Shown: in pieces, positions 63,854-64,000 of the stretch | Position numbering within the stretch: the stretch's first letter is position 1 | Layout of the letters: every line of letters begins with the position of its first letter | NCBI GenBank assembly: GCA_963665095.1 | Contig: OY762069.1 | Span: 960,001 to 1,024,000, forward strand | DNA from: an uncultured Desulfobacter sp. | Lineage (GTDB): Bacteria; Desulfobacterota; Desulfobacteria; Desulfobacterales; Desulfobacteraceae | Direction of reading: 5' to 3' | Length of the DNA stretch: 64,000 bases | Notes under the pieces: model-generated | The model's input: only the letters and a program-made list of their open reading frames with translations | Databases searched by the model: none | Told to the model about the DNA's origin: nothing | Program-made: the position numbers and the translations under genes

Positions 63854-64000
63854 TTATTTAAAATATTTCAGCGCCAGCCTGGCTGTCCTGTCCGGACGAA
63901 TATCAGAAACCAGCCTGACCGCAATACTGCGCCGGCCCTCATTTAAAGTGAGCCGGGTTCCCATGGCAAGGGGTTGATTTACCATAACAAACCCGCAGGC
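63854..64000 (-). CDS. gcvT: partial gene at window edge, probably the aminomethyltransferase C-terminus
   Basis: Open frame ACGFVMVNQPL..DIRPDRTARLALKYFK* directly upstream of gcvH; the call rests mainly on context. Confidence 0.65.
   Translation of the reverse strand, partial: ACGFVMVNQPLAMGTRLTLNEGRRSIAVRLVSDIRPDRTARLALKYFK

Overview
64 kb of chromosome from a sulfate-reducing deltaproteobacterium, probably Desulfobacteraceae/Desulfobacter-like (inferred from HdrL-Flx, spdEFG1-type EF-G, bacterial cereblon and split GcvP). Positions 1-7350 are an insertion-sequence pile-up: IS1634 and IS1380 stumps are fused tail-to-tail, and a complete 3.1-kb TG...CA three-gene transposon (4-bp target duplication) sits inside a decayed DDE transposase gene. 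A second complete IS (IS1380 family, 5-bp target duplication) splits a HAD-hydrolase gene at 16058-17907. Accessory and metabolic loci are EI24+cereblon, nhaD/nhaR with a candidate leader RNA, a GGDEF-EAL/PhnD-like pair, an orphan TRAP binding protein, hdrL-flxDCBA with an unusual long leader, an orphan Tat Fe-S/cytochrome-b pair, purC-ParB-like-SPL-like genes, a TetR/PLP-aldolase/GMC/ALDH operon, and a NuoF-GltD plus Fe-S module with no catalytic subunit. The rest is mostly housekeeping: tRNA-Arg/tadA, purA, tRNA-Pro, fusA, rsmG, ileS-lspA-lgt-holA, pyk, lipAB and gcvT(part)-H-PA-PB. All product calls come from motif recognition by eye; no database searches were run.
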